From: Selaginella moellendorffii
Taxonomy: Eukaryota; Plantae; Lycopodiophyta
Length of the DNA: 64,000 bases
Assembly: GCF_000143415.4 (NCBI RefSeq)
Contig: NW_003314318.1
Location: 868,001-932,000, forward strand
Reading direction: 5' to 3'
Positions 14,627-26,800 of the stretch are shown here, piece after piece. Both the position numbers and the translations under genes were made by a program. The notes beneath the pieces are model-generated. The model worked only from the letters and a program-made list of their open reading frames with translations. It was not told the origin of the DNA and searched no databases. Each line of letters opens with the position of its first letter. Positions within the stretch are counted from its first letter, which is position 1.

Positions 14627-15920
14627 ATGTGGCAAATGCTGCGTGAAGAAAGATGCCCTTTCTGGGCAAATGCTGTAAGAGGCAGATGCCGAGCAGATGT
14701 ATCTCAGGCTAGCGAAGGGGACAAACGAAAGCTAGCTATAAACATGACGGGATGCAAATAGATTACTAGGCTGGTCCTGTGAAAATCAAAAACCATAATT
14801 GAAAACATTGAAAATGCAAAAAGAAAGGTTTATAATATTTTTGAATTTTAAGCAACCAAAGGAATGTAAGTAGGGCATGTGTTTGTAAGTTTAAAAATGC
14901 CTCAACCACTTAAATTCCCAAGTAAATAAAGCTGTTTCTATTTTTGGTACAGGTAAACTTTATAGCGTGTGGGCTCATGCAATTTTGAACCCAAAAATGC
15001 ACCAAAAAATGCTCGACTAGCATTATTCTTTGAATGGCGTGTGGCCTTATATTGCCATAAATGGACGTACACACAGAGCATAATTATTCCTTTACACGGC
15101 GAATAATCTTGGCGCGGATCGCTGACATGGCATGGCAAAGTTCGAATCACTGACATGGCACAGCTGGATCGAGGCAAGGACATGATGTGACAAAGTTCAA
15201 CCTCCGACAGCAAAGTCTAGAAGCTACTTAGTTTGAAATTTGTCAGAGGAGTCATAAGATCTGGTTTGTCAGAGGATTTGATGTGACATTCAAGCGTGTG
15301 TTATTTTTGAATTCTCGAACTCATTCTTAGGTCTATCATTTTTGTGCGCCGTGTTCTTGGTTCCGCTGAGCGCAGTGAGCGCTGCTTGTGTAAGCGGCGT
15401 TGTGGGCTGTGGTTTATGCGTCTATGAGCGGTTGCGGCATTGCGAGCGCCATTGCGAGCGGCAGTTTATGCGAGTGGCAGTTTGTGCGAGCGGCGCTACG
15501 AGTAGTTGCGGTGTTGCGAGCGGCGCTACGAGTAGTTGCGGTGTTGCGAGCGGCACTGTCTTTGGTGTGGCTACTGCTTCCTCTTGATATTCGGCACTTG
15601 TGCTTCCTGGTATGTTCACCATGGAATGGCTTAGGACCACATTTAGAAATGGCATGAGGCCACATGCCATCTTGGGCCCTTGCAATTTCATGGCTAGCGT
15701 ATTGTCATGTATGTTTTTACTTGCCTACAGCTGTGTGTATATCAAGATGGCATGAGGCCTCATGCCAATTTTGTGAATGCAAAATTTCACGTGGGTGTCA
15801 ATAGCATGTTTGAATAATGGCATGTGGCCTCATGCTATTAAGGTTGTTTGGTATGTTATGATTTAGGCCATTCTCTAATCATTTTTTGTATGGTCTTAAC
15901 TTCTTTTCTGCACTTTCAGA

Positions 15921-18353
15921 ATGGCCTTCAGGGTTGGGGAAAAAGTTTACATTTTGAATGGTGGGAAGAGAGTTGCAAAAGGGACCCTTGTGTCTATGGA
16001 TCGGAACTTTGTTATACACTGTCAAAGGCTTGGGGAAGGCAATGCTGCTGTATCAGTAGAGACTGTCTTCGATGGGAATGTGGTCGCTATTGAACGAGGA
16101 GAGATGGTCGTCGGGGTAAATGTTGTTGTTGCCTTGAAAAATCTTCAGAAGAAAGCAGATGTTGGGGACAGCGCAAGTGCGACGCATGTTCCCTCCGTGG
16201 ATCTTAAGAACCGTGCTACATGGATTCAGGCGAAGGTGTTTCTAAACAACCCCGAGGGGGAGGTGGTAGCTGAGGGCTTAGCCACAGTTGTCGATCCAAG
16301 AGATGCGGTTGCTAATCAAGAATTGGGCTGGGATGATATTGGAGTTGCGATTTTAGAGGTTGTTGACACAGAAGAAAACAGTCTGACTATTGGAAGCATT
16401 GTGTGGTGGAAATTGAGGCACTTAGTGTTTGAGAATGTGAAGGATTCACAATCAAACACCACTACAATTGATGACAGAACATCTCTTCATGGGAAAAGAA
16501 AGTACACCTTCCTAAAGCGCAGCCAAAGGGATCTGAGCAACGAACCGAAAAGGCAGAAAATGGCGATGGAGGTTCGAATGGTCTTGACAGTTGCTTGTTG
16601 CAAGAGGAGCTGCTGTCAACATGCTGATTGGGATGCTATTGAAGAGGAGAGAGCAAGATACAAGACATTGTCCTGGAAGGCAGCTCGCAATTTTGTGTAT
16701 GAGGCATTACGGTCATCTGTTGATGCTTCAGAACATCAGGTGGGGGGCATGGTCTTCCAGAGGGGTTTGGTCTGCATGAAGGCATGGAGAATCATTTATG
16801 GAGTCCCTCGAACCACATTCTACAGAATCAAAACTGAGTTCGAGGAACAAAGGGTTCAACAGGCAGTCCATGGGAACGACGGTACGCACAAAACCAGGGG
16901 TCATGTTGTATATGGAGAGGCAATCTTCAAGAGGTTTGTCGAGACATGTAGCGAGCAGCAACCACATAAAACCCGCCTCTTGGAAGATGGAACACGAGAC
17001 ACCCAACGAGTTCTCCCTTCCATGTATACCAAGGGGGCCATATTGGAAGATGTGAATCGGGAACTCCAGAGTAATGGCTACAGGAAGCTGAGCCAATCTA
17101 GATTTAGTAGATTGTGGAGCAACAGGTTCAGGGATATGAGTATAGGAAAGTACTCCAGCTTTTCAAAGTGTGACGAGTGCACTGCTATCAAAATGGCTTT
17201 GTCGAAGAATTCTTGCAGCGCTCAAGAGCGAGAGACGTTGGTTAGAAGGCAGCTCGACCACAACATCGAGCAGAGAAGCTGCAGGACTGCATATTATCAT
17301 AACAGGATTCTCTCCATGGAGAGACCTGACTCTTACCTCTGCATCATCCACGACAAAATGGACTAGAAAAAGACGTGCTTACTTCGACTCAATCCTGCCC
17401 CCAAGGCAATCTCTTCATCCATGCAGCTGCCTGTGTCTCTGTTTGGCATAATCGCTCATGGGCATGGTGCCCAGAACTATGGGAACTTCTTTGTACCTCT
17501 ATGGGGTGGCGGGGGTGCAAACATGATGATTGCGTCCCTAGCAAAACACTTAAGGTCTCTGCAAAGTGCGCAGACTGAGCTGAACGGCCAACCCTTGCAT
17601 AAGGCCCTTGTCGATCGAACCCCATACAGGGTTCAACTGGAGGAGGAGCAAAGGCTTGCAGTATCGCGTGGGGCCCCATGCCATCCCAGTGAATATGTTG
17701 GCCGTCAGATTGTAGGGTTATCACGTGAGGCCTCATGCCATTCCGACGAGGCTGGTCGCGCAGTGAATGCACAGCCTCATCCAAACGAAGCAGAATCTCA
17801 AGGAAGTTCTTGCGGCCGATGTGGCCTTCCACCCCATCTTCTGCTCCAAACAGACAATGCTGGCAGTGAGAACAAAAACATGTACGTTTTCGCGTACTTG
17901 GCGATGCTTGTTGCCAAAGGCATATTTGAAACGGTTACACTTGGCTTTCTCATGGTTGGGCACACTCATGAAGACGTCGATGCCATGTTCAGTCACCTGG
18001 CAGAGTCCCTCCAGCGATCCAATGTCCTCACCCTCCCACAACTCTACGATGAATTCCAAAATTGCATCAAAGGCACTGTTGAAGCTGCACTTCTGACAGA
18101 GGTTCCAGACTTCCAGAAAAGAGATGGGTGCTAAATCCAAGGGATCCCAGCATGAGCATATCGGTGGATAATGTTGTGCATGGTTGGATGCGGAAGCAGA
18201 GTGCCACCATCACCTTGCCAGACCATGCAAGAGATGCAGCAAGAGCATTCATAACCCGGGTTCAAGGTGAGATTCATTAATATTCCTTTACTAAGTTTCT
18301 AATGTATTTTATTTCAAAGTGAACAATCCGAATCTGAATCAGAGGAGGCCTGA
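15921..18353 (+). pseudogene. Sola1-like transposase, copy 1 (stop at 17364-17366, ~0.71 kb deletion and frameshift near 18112)
   Basis: Motifs HDKMD, LQTDNAGSENKN and GHTHEDVDAMFS. Lesions defined by comparison with copy 2. Confidence 0.85.
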
Positions 18354-18568
18354 TATAGTGTGTGAGGTAAAACAAAGATGATGTGACATATGCATTTACC
18401 AATCACACGTGCATAAATCTAATAATATGGCGTGTGGCCCATATTAATGGCACATAAACCCATATTGTGGGCTTATGTACTTTATGTACCATCATTCCCT
18501 TGCAGCGTGTGTGTTGGTTTCCTTTTATAACACAACGAACTCCATATTTTAGGGTGAAGAGCGTTCTC

Positions 18569-18826
18569 ATGGCAAGCACAAAATCTGTAAGTGAGGCAGA
18601 AAAGGAGACGGAGAAGGAGATAGGTGAAAATGTAGAATATATAAGTCTTCCAAACTCCCCGTACTATACTCCAGGTGATCATTTTTCTGAACAAACGGCA
18701 ATATTAACAACTATCGAGAACGCCCCAGTAACGTCAGAGACAACAATCCAAAGCAAAACAACTGACCCGGAGAAGGATGATAGTACCGCTGAGAGTACCA
18801 AAAAGGAGGTGTCCACTAGCGCTTAG
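18569..18826 (+). CDS. Small acidic/Thr-rich ORF (85 aa) near the right end of the transposon
   Basis: MASTKSVSEAEKE...EVSTSA is open in all three copies (42066-42323, 62951-63208) and is preceded by a ttttag acceptor. No family recognised. Confidence 0.3.
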   Translation: MASTKSVSEAEKETEKEIGENVEYISLPNSPYYTPGDHFSEQTAILTTIENAPVTSETTIQSKTTDPEKDDSTAESTKKEVSTSA

Positions 18827-20132
18827 GCTTATAATGGCATGTGCCCTCATGCCATTTACTTGATCACCAAATACCTTTTTCCCTTTGCACTAGTATATCT
18901 TAATACCGGTATGAGAAATAGAATGGCATGTGCCCTCAGGCCTTTTACTAAATCACCTTTGAAAGAAATGCAAGCCTCTATGTCGTAAAAAAAAGGTACT
19001 AGAGAAATTCCTTAATAATATGAATGTTATTTAGTTTCATGAAAATACACTAAGGGTGGTCAAATGAGTTAAATGACTTCTCCAGACTAGCAATGCCTCT
19101 TGCTACACCTTCACAATTAGATTCGTTAGAAAAAGATAACATTGAATAATATCTAAATGTTCTCACCATTAAGTGATATGTCTGGCTAATAGGAATGACA
19201 TTCATCTTGGAAAGCTCACCACACGCTCAATGAACAAACAAATAGTGTGTGCGCGCATGCCATCGCTCTTCTTTAGCTTCAGATTCGGCTTGTTCACCTT
19301 GACAATGAGATTTATTATACAACCAGATGGACTCAGTCTGGACATAAAGTCACCGCGCTAGTCACCATGCCCCAGATATGTCTAGCCCCTGGACAAAAAA
19401 CATATAATTTCACGTCATTTTCAAATACTTGAAAATTTGTACCTAGTCCCATTTTACTGAATAAATCCCACTTTAACGAAATAGAGCTTCAATCCCCCTC
19501 CCCGGGTTAGACTGAACTTAAGGTTTGGCTACACTCCCCGTAGGCACAAGCAGCCAAACACACCAAGCTTCCATATTCCTAACATCCCTTGGTACCACAA
19601 GACTTGATCATGGGACCCTTTAAATCCCAAGTCTTGGGTGCAACACTTGCTTTGGGACACTGGGGTGAAACACCGTGGCCTAATGGCCTGGTATAGGTAC
19701 CTCTACCCCCCCACTTCCATCCCGAAGGGAAGGTCCAAGCCCCTAGGAAGGGCGAGGACCAATGAGCCACAAGGTACTCAAGTGGGGCACCACTTCACAT
19801 AAGCCTGGAACACTGCAATCAGTTTCCCTTTCGGGGGTGGGAGTTGCTCTTGAGCACTTCCTTGGGTGGCCCCTCCGGCACCACCTGAGTCCATGCTCAC
19901 TCCCACCCAAGGCCCCTCAGCCCCAGTCTCAACCTCAAGTCAGTTTGGAAGCACCACTGAAGAGTTCCTTCAAGACTGGTTCCTAGACCTCACTATCCCT
20001 ACTATACTTTTGGAACCCCCTGCAGCCCCCCCCCCCGCCCCGCCCCGCTGGGAGACGCACACTTTGGGCTTTCACCCCTTGACCCGTATTACTACTCGGA
20101 CTCCTCAGGCTCGATCTCAGACTCGATCTCGG

Positions 20133-21824
20133 TGTGAGACACAAAATCCCTAGGCCCCAAAGTGGAGCCTGAAGGGTGCCATGTGGTGGTGGCCGAAGCA
20201 AAAACCAAACGAGCGTAACACGTTTGGACTAAAAGCTCCGACTTGAAAGGTTGAGAGCGGGAGTGGAACTCTCAAAAAAGTGCTCGAGGAACGAGCACGA
20301 AGCGAGCAATAAGTGAGGCTCCAAAAAGGGACCCAAAAGGACCAACACATGACACGTGGAAGTGTTCGAGATGGACCCGAGTTGGAGTCCGAAGTGGAGT
20401 CCGTGAAGGACCCCGAGATGGAGTCCGAAGTGGAGTCCGAGAAGGACCCCGAGATGGAGTCCGAGGTGGAGTCTGAGGTGGACCCGAGATGGAGTCCGAG
20501 ATGGATCCGAGATTGAGTCCGAGACGGACCCGAGATGGAGTCTGAGATGGACCCGAGATGGAGTCCGAGGTGGAGTCTGAGGTGGACCTGAGATGGACAC
20601 GAGATGGAGTCCAAGATGGAGTCCAAGATGGACCCGAGATGGACCCGAGATGGAGTCTGAGATGGAGTCCGAGATGGACCCGAGATGGAGTCCGAAGTCA
20701 AGACCGAGCCCGAGACCGAGACCGAGATCAGGACCGAGACCGAGACCAAGGCCGAGGCGGAGACCGAGCCCGAGTCCGAGTCTGAGTCCGAGTCTGAGTC
20801 CAAGTCCGAGTCTGAGTTCGAGTCTAAGAGGGTGAAAGCCCAAAGCGTTCGTCTCCCAGACCCTGGGGGGTTTGGTGAGCTCCAAAAGTATAGTAAGAGG
20901 GAGGACTGCAGTGGAGCCAGTTTGGCCAGGAAAGGCCAGTTTGGCCCAGGAAGGCCGGACCCAGTGTTGGGTGATGAGCTGCCCACTGGGAAGTCCAAGA
21001 CTAGAGTGAACACAAGCCGACAAGCGGGGTAGCTTGGTGAAGTGTTCAAGAGCCGGCTCTAGTTCCCCCAGGAGATCGACTGGCCGATGCTCCCAGTCCA
21101 AGTGTGGGTGGCACTACCTACTTGGATACCTGGTGTGGCTCAATGGAACCTCGCTCCAAGCCCATGGCTAGAGCACCCAAAGGCAGAAGGCGAGGAGAGT
21201 ACCCATGAGGCCCACGTAGGGCCACGGTGTTCCGAAATGTTGTCCCAAAGTCCCAGACTGTGGAAAGGAAAAGGAGTAGCCCTTTGGTGTGGTGACAAAG
21301 GACACGGTTACCCAATGAGGAAGTCCCAGAGGAAAGTTGGACTTAGAGGTCGGGCCTGCGAGCCTTGATCCAGTGGTAGTGTTAGTGAACTCAGCCATCG
21401 ACAGAGAGGGACTTGGTGGGGACTGGAAAAGAGATATTGGGCAAGGTTATTCCCCAAGTCTGCAAGCATCTTAAGGATGCTAAGGAGTGGATCTGGGATG
21501 ATCACTCATGGATGGATGGCCTCGTCTATGAGAGACAGGATTGCAATGTAGGTGGTGTTGGACCACCGGTGTGACCAAGGTGAATAGGTATGGCCTTAAC
21601 GTAATGGGCCGATATGTCGGTGGTACCTTGGGGTGTCGATCATGGGATCGGACATGGGGAGCACTTGGACCAAGTGCTAAGGTTGAGTGGCATGGATGCC
21701 ATTCTCGGGGCTAGCAAGCCCCAAGTCTTGAGTTGGACTTATGGAGGTTGTGAATGAGACTCCTCCAAGTGGTCGGAGGTGTGGTTAAGTGACTAAAGTA
21801 GAATGGAAAAATTAGTCGCTTACA
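20133..21824 (+). mobile_element. Solo LTR (1692 bp) of a related gypsy family, inverted inside the host LTR
   Basis: TGTGAG...CTTACA termini and 5-bp TSD CTCGG (20128-20132 / 21825-21829). Shares, in reverse complement, the hexamer array and the gggtgaaagcccaaag...ctccaaaagtatagta block with the host LTR. Confidence 0.85.
20365..20825. repeat. Hexamer-based array (CCGAGA/TGGAGT) inside the solo LTR
   Basis: Low-complexity GAGATGGAGTCC repeats. Related CTCGGA arrays at 20095-20132, 21825-22045 and 29060-29320. Confidence 0.85.
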
Positions 21825-22058
21825 CTCGGACTCGACTTCGGATTCGGTCTCGGACTCGATCTCGGACTCGATCTCGGACCCGATCTCGGACTCGACTTCG
21901 GACTCGACTTCAGACTCGGTCTTGGACCCGATTCTTGGATCTCGGACTCCGTCTCAAACTTGGTCTCCGAGTTGGCCTCGAACTCGATTCCGGACTCTAT
22001 CTCGAACTCGGTCTCAGAGTCAGTCTTGGACTCGATCTCAGACTTGGTCCCATCCGAT

Positions 22059-23899
22059 GAACTCTTTGTCATTTTGGTCATGCTTTTGAGCATCCTTTAG
22101 CCTATGACACATCAGGGAGTTGGTTCCTTACAACTCCACCACCCATAAAAGAAGTTCGATGCCCACATCGAACGTCTCTTTTTATCCTACGACTTGTTGA
22201 CTATGTCTCCAGGGGCATCCCCCCACTTAGCGGTGTGGCTAAGTTAGCCTCCCTGGCCAAGAGCCCATGACAACGGAATATAGGTGTCCTTATACTCCTC
22301 ACCCCACCACGCCCTAGTATGGGGTTGGGACTTGAACCCAGCCTTGCTTTACTAGGGGGTTGGGACTCAAACCCAACCTCCGTAGAATACGTCTACGGAT
22401 TTGACATTCCCGTGGGGAGTCGGGCGTAGTTCTCTACGCTTGGTTGAATTAGCCAACCCATGCTAATTAGCTTACCTTCAGCGCGCCTTCAAGTCCCAAC
22501 ATATGCCATTGCTCAACTTCACAAATTGATACTTTAATTGAACTTTGCATAAGTACATAGAGTTCTGCCTTGTAGAAATTCCTCCACTAGATCTCGCGCG
22601 TTCGCTAAGTTCTCCTCCGGTTCCCATGTTGCTTCGTAATGTGAAATCCTTTCCACTTCACATGGAACTCTCTCACCTCGCGTCTTTGTCGCTTGCTCTT
22701 GCGCGCATTGAGGATGGCCTCGACTTCGTATTCCTCTTCCCTTTGGATAACTTCAGGTAAAGGCCTTATTTGGTCTTTGCGAAGCGGATCCTCAAAGTAC
22801 GGCTTGAGTAAGTTCACGTGGAACACTAAGTGCATCTTCCCCATCTCTCGAGGAAGTCAGAGACGGTAAGCCACTTTACCGATTCGTGCCTCAATCTCAT
22901 AAGGCCCGGCGAAGCTGCTTAAGGAACTCAACATCAATTCATTTACGGAATACATGCATCTTTACCTTTGGGTCAACTTTGAACTCTTTGTTATTTCGGT
23001 CATGCTTTCGGGGATCCTTTAGCCTACAACACCTTGGGGAGTTGGTTCCTTAAACCTCCACCACCCATAGAAGAAGTTCGATACCCACATCGAACATCTC
23101 TTTTTTTAATCCTACGACTTGTTGACCATGTCTCCGGGGGTATCCCCCCACTTAGCGGTGTGCCTAAGTTAGCCTCCCTGGTAAGGAGCCCATGACAATG
23201 GAATATAAGTGTCCCTATACTCCTCACCCCACCACACGGGGTTGGGACTTGAACCCAGCCTTGCTTTACTAGGGGGTTGGGACTCAAACCCAACCTCTGT
23301 AGAATACGTCTACGGATTTGACATCCCCGTGGGGAGTCGGGCGTAGTTCTCTACGCTTGGTCGACCTAGCTAACCCATGCTAATTAGCTTACCTTCAGCA
23401 CGCCTTTGGGTTCCAACATATGCCATTGCTCAACTTCACAAATTGATACTTTAATTGAACTTTGCATATGTACATAGAGTTCTGCCTTGCAGAAATTCCT
23501 CCACTAGATTTCGCGTGTTTGCTAAGTTCTCCTCCGGTTCCCATGTTGCCTCACAGTGTGGAAATCTTTTCCACTTCACATGGAACTCTCTCACCTTGGG
23601 TCCTTGTCGTTTGCTCTTGCACGCATTGAGGATGGCTTCCACTTCATATTCCTTTTCCCCTTGGATAACTTTAGGTAAAGGTCTCACTTAGTCCTTGCGA
23701 AGCGGATCCTTAAAGTACGGCTTGAGTAGGTTCACATGGAACACTGGGTGCATCGTCCCCATCTCTCGAGGAAGTTAGAGATGATAAGCCACTTTACCGA
23801 TTCGTGCCTCAATCTCGTAAGGCCTCGCGAACCTGTTTAAGGAACTCAACATCAATTCATTTCCAGGAATACATGCATTTTTACCTTTGGGTCAACTTT
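22059..23899 (-). repeat. ~920-bp tandem duplication of the gypsy 3' end (IN C-terminus, chromodomain, PPT, LTR edge)
   Basis: Units 22059-22980 and 22981-23899 each encode YEVEAILNA.KSK...FHVKWK (chromodomain) and carry a PPT plus ~75 bp of LTR edge. Confidence 0.85.
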
Positions 23900-26800
23900 C
23901 GGCTGATCCCACTTGGTAGTCTGAGGTTCTTGGTGTTCAGACACACCTTCTCCCCAGCTTAGAACTCTACATCCCGACGCTTCTGGTTCACGTATTTGGT
24001 TTGCCTTTGTTGAGCTCATTCCAAGGAATCCCTCACTAGATTCCAAATGTTAAGTCTTTCCGCCGTAAATGCCTCCATTGCGGGTAACTCTCTATGATAC
24101 TCAGCCACGCTGAGCTCCACAGGACCTTCAATAGCTCGCCCATTAATGACTTCCCATGAACTCACCCCGATACTCGAATGTGGTGAGTTGTTATAACACA
24201 TTTCCGCAAGTCCCAAATGACTTACCCAATCGGTCTGGTCTCCCGAGACATAGCATCGCAAATAATCCTCCAGCTGCCTATTCACCCTTTCCATTTGTCC
24301 GTCTGTCAAGAAGTGTTAGTGCCATCAAACTTGACTTAATACCCCATACCTGTCTATGGGTGATAGGCTGTGCTGAATTTCAACTTGGTGCGATACTATT
24401 CTAGGAGAGTTCTCTAGAACCTACTGGTGAAGATCTTATCTCAATCTGAGATAATCTCTTCTGGCCTTCCCCACACTCGAACCACTTGTTCGAAGAACAG
24501 CTTCGCCACACCTTCCGCATCCACTTCCGTTGTGGTGGGTATGAAATGTGCCATCTTCGAAAATCGGTCCACCACCACGAATATCGCATCGAACCCCCCG
24601 CTTGGGGGGAGTCCCGTGATGAAGTTCATCGTAAGACATTTCCACGGACGATCTGGAATTGGGATGCTTTGCAACAAGCCCCCACTAGCCTTAGTCACGG
24701 CTTTGACCTGCTGACATGTTAGACATGTCTTTACATAGTCTTGGACATCCTTAGCCATATCTGGCCAGTGATACTTCCTCTTGAGTAAGCCCATCGTCTT
24801 GGGCACTCCGCCGTGTCTTGCAAGAGGTCCGTCATGACACTCTTCTAAGGCTACCCTCCTTAGTTCCCCTTCTGGAACATACACCCTCGTTTTCTTGTAA
24901 TAGATGAGTCCGTTGCGTTCCGCATAGCCTGTTTTCACTTCCGTTGGCAGCTCACCTCTCTGGTGGGCTTCCCGTGCTTCCAGATTCTGCAACAACACTT
25001 CTTGTGCTAGACCATTGTTCTCATATGCTATCCGCACATCATCCCAAAAGGTTGTTGTTGCGCTGGATATTGCTAACTTCAAGCTCGCTTTTCGACTTAG
25101 CGCATCCGCCACGATATTGCTCTTCCCAGGCTTGTACAGAATCTTGCAATCAAACTTGGCTAAAGCATTGGCCCACCAACTTTGTTTCTCCCTCAGGTCG
25201 GGCTATGACAAAAAGTGTTTCGTTGCCACATTGTCCGTGTAAACCTTGAAGTGTCTCCCAAGGTAGTGTTGCCACTCCTTGAGCGCCTTGACTACCGCAA
25301 ACAATTCCTTCTCATGGGCAAGCCACTTCCGTTGAGCTTTGTCCAACTTCTTCGAGAAGAACGCTACTGGGTGATTGTCTTGCTTCAAACTACACCCAAC
25401 GCAAAGTCTGAAGCATCTGTTTCTACCTCAAAGTCCTTACCAAAGTCTGGTAATGTCAACACGAGAGCCTTCCTCAACTTCCCTTTGAGGTGGACAAATG
25501 CCGCCTCGCATTTCGCTGTCCATACCATCTTCCCTTTTCCCGTTTGGTCTGTTAAGGGCAAGGCTACTCTCGAATAGTGTTTGATAAACTTTCGGTAGTA
25601 GTTGCATAGCCCCAGGAATGCCCTTAACTCATGTACATTCAATGGTCGCTCCCAATCCTGGATCGCTTGGACCTTCTCAGGGTCCATTTTGAGCCTATCC
25701 TTGCCCACCACATGCCCAAAAAACTTTACCTCTTGTTGAGCAAAGTCACATTTGCTCTCTTTAGCATACAGCTGGTGTTCCCTTAGTTTCTCAAACACCT
25801 TTGTCAAGTGTTCAGCATGCTCCTCTAGCGTTTCGCTATAGATCAAGATGTCGTTAATATAGACAACCACGAAGTGATCCAGATAGGGTACAAAGATGTG
25901 GTTCATCAATGCCGAAAACGTTGCCAGCGCATTGCATAGCCCGAAGGGCATCACCAAAAACTCAAAGCTCCCATACCTTGTTTGACATGTTGTCTTCTCG
26001 ACATCTTCTTCTGCTACTCTGATCTGGTAGTATCCTGACCTTAGATCAATCCTCGAGAAGTATTTTGCCTTTCCCAACCTATCGAATAGGTCCTTAATCC
26101 TTGGCAAAGGGTACCTGTTCTTCTTTATATACTTGTTGAGCAACTGGTAGTCTATGCACATGTGCATAGATCCATCTTTCTTTTTCACAAATAACACTGG
26201 TGCCCCATACAGCGACTTGCTCAACCTAACATACCCTTTGTCCACCAACTCCTCTAGTTGGTGCTTGAGCTCCTCGAGTTCTTTCTCGTTCAAACGATAG
26301 AGGGGATGAACCACCGCCTCAGCACCCTTGACTAACTCAATCTTATGTTCTATCGATCATGCGGGGGGCAACCCCACTGGTAACTCCTCCGACATGGTAT
26401 CCTGGAATTGGTCCAACACCCGCTGGATCACTAAAGGTACTTCTTCTGTTCCCGTCTTTCTGTCACTCTTCACCGAGAGTAAGCACAAAAAGGCTGCCTT
26501 GGTTCCTTTAGTGAGTTGTCCTCTCGTGGACACCAGGTTTAGGCATGAATCTTTGGCCTTGCATTGCCCTACCTTTAGATCCTGGGCCTCCACTCTGGAT
26601 CTTCTTCCTTGGGCATTCGCTAGTACCACAAGGTTCCTACCTTGTCCATGCAAGGCTGCCACAAACCGATTGAACCAATCCATTCTGAAGATCACGTCAG
26701 ATCCCGCTATGTCTAACACGGTGAAATCCATGTCTACTTTCCATGTCCGTACTTCGACTCTCGCTTGTTGAAGTACCTCATCGGTGCTTTGGCTACCTTG

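Larger units (their letters stand above)
6933..19489 (+). mobile_element. Sola1-like DNA transposon, copy 1 (12,557 bp; transposase internally deleted)
   Basis: 24-bp perfect TIRs at 6933-6956 and 19466-19489. TSD CAAT at 6929-6932 and 19490-19493. The uninterrupted 5' LTR shows the empty site (ctctcaatcccc, ~28453-28464). Confidence 0.95.

Noticed and set aside
7034-18944. Palindromic repeats as a CRISPR array
   Set aside because: Irregular spacing (tens to thousands of bp), located in introns and exons, no cas genes, eukaryotic context.
20150-21101. Long ORFs (299 and 290 aa) in the solo LTR
   Set aside because: They result from stop-free hexamer repeats and encode only low-complexity peptides.
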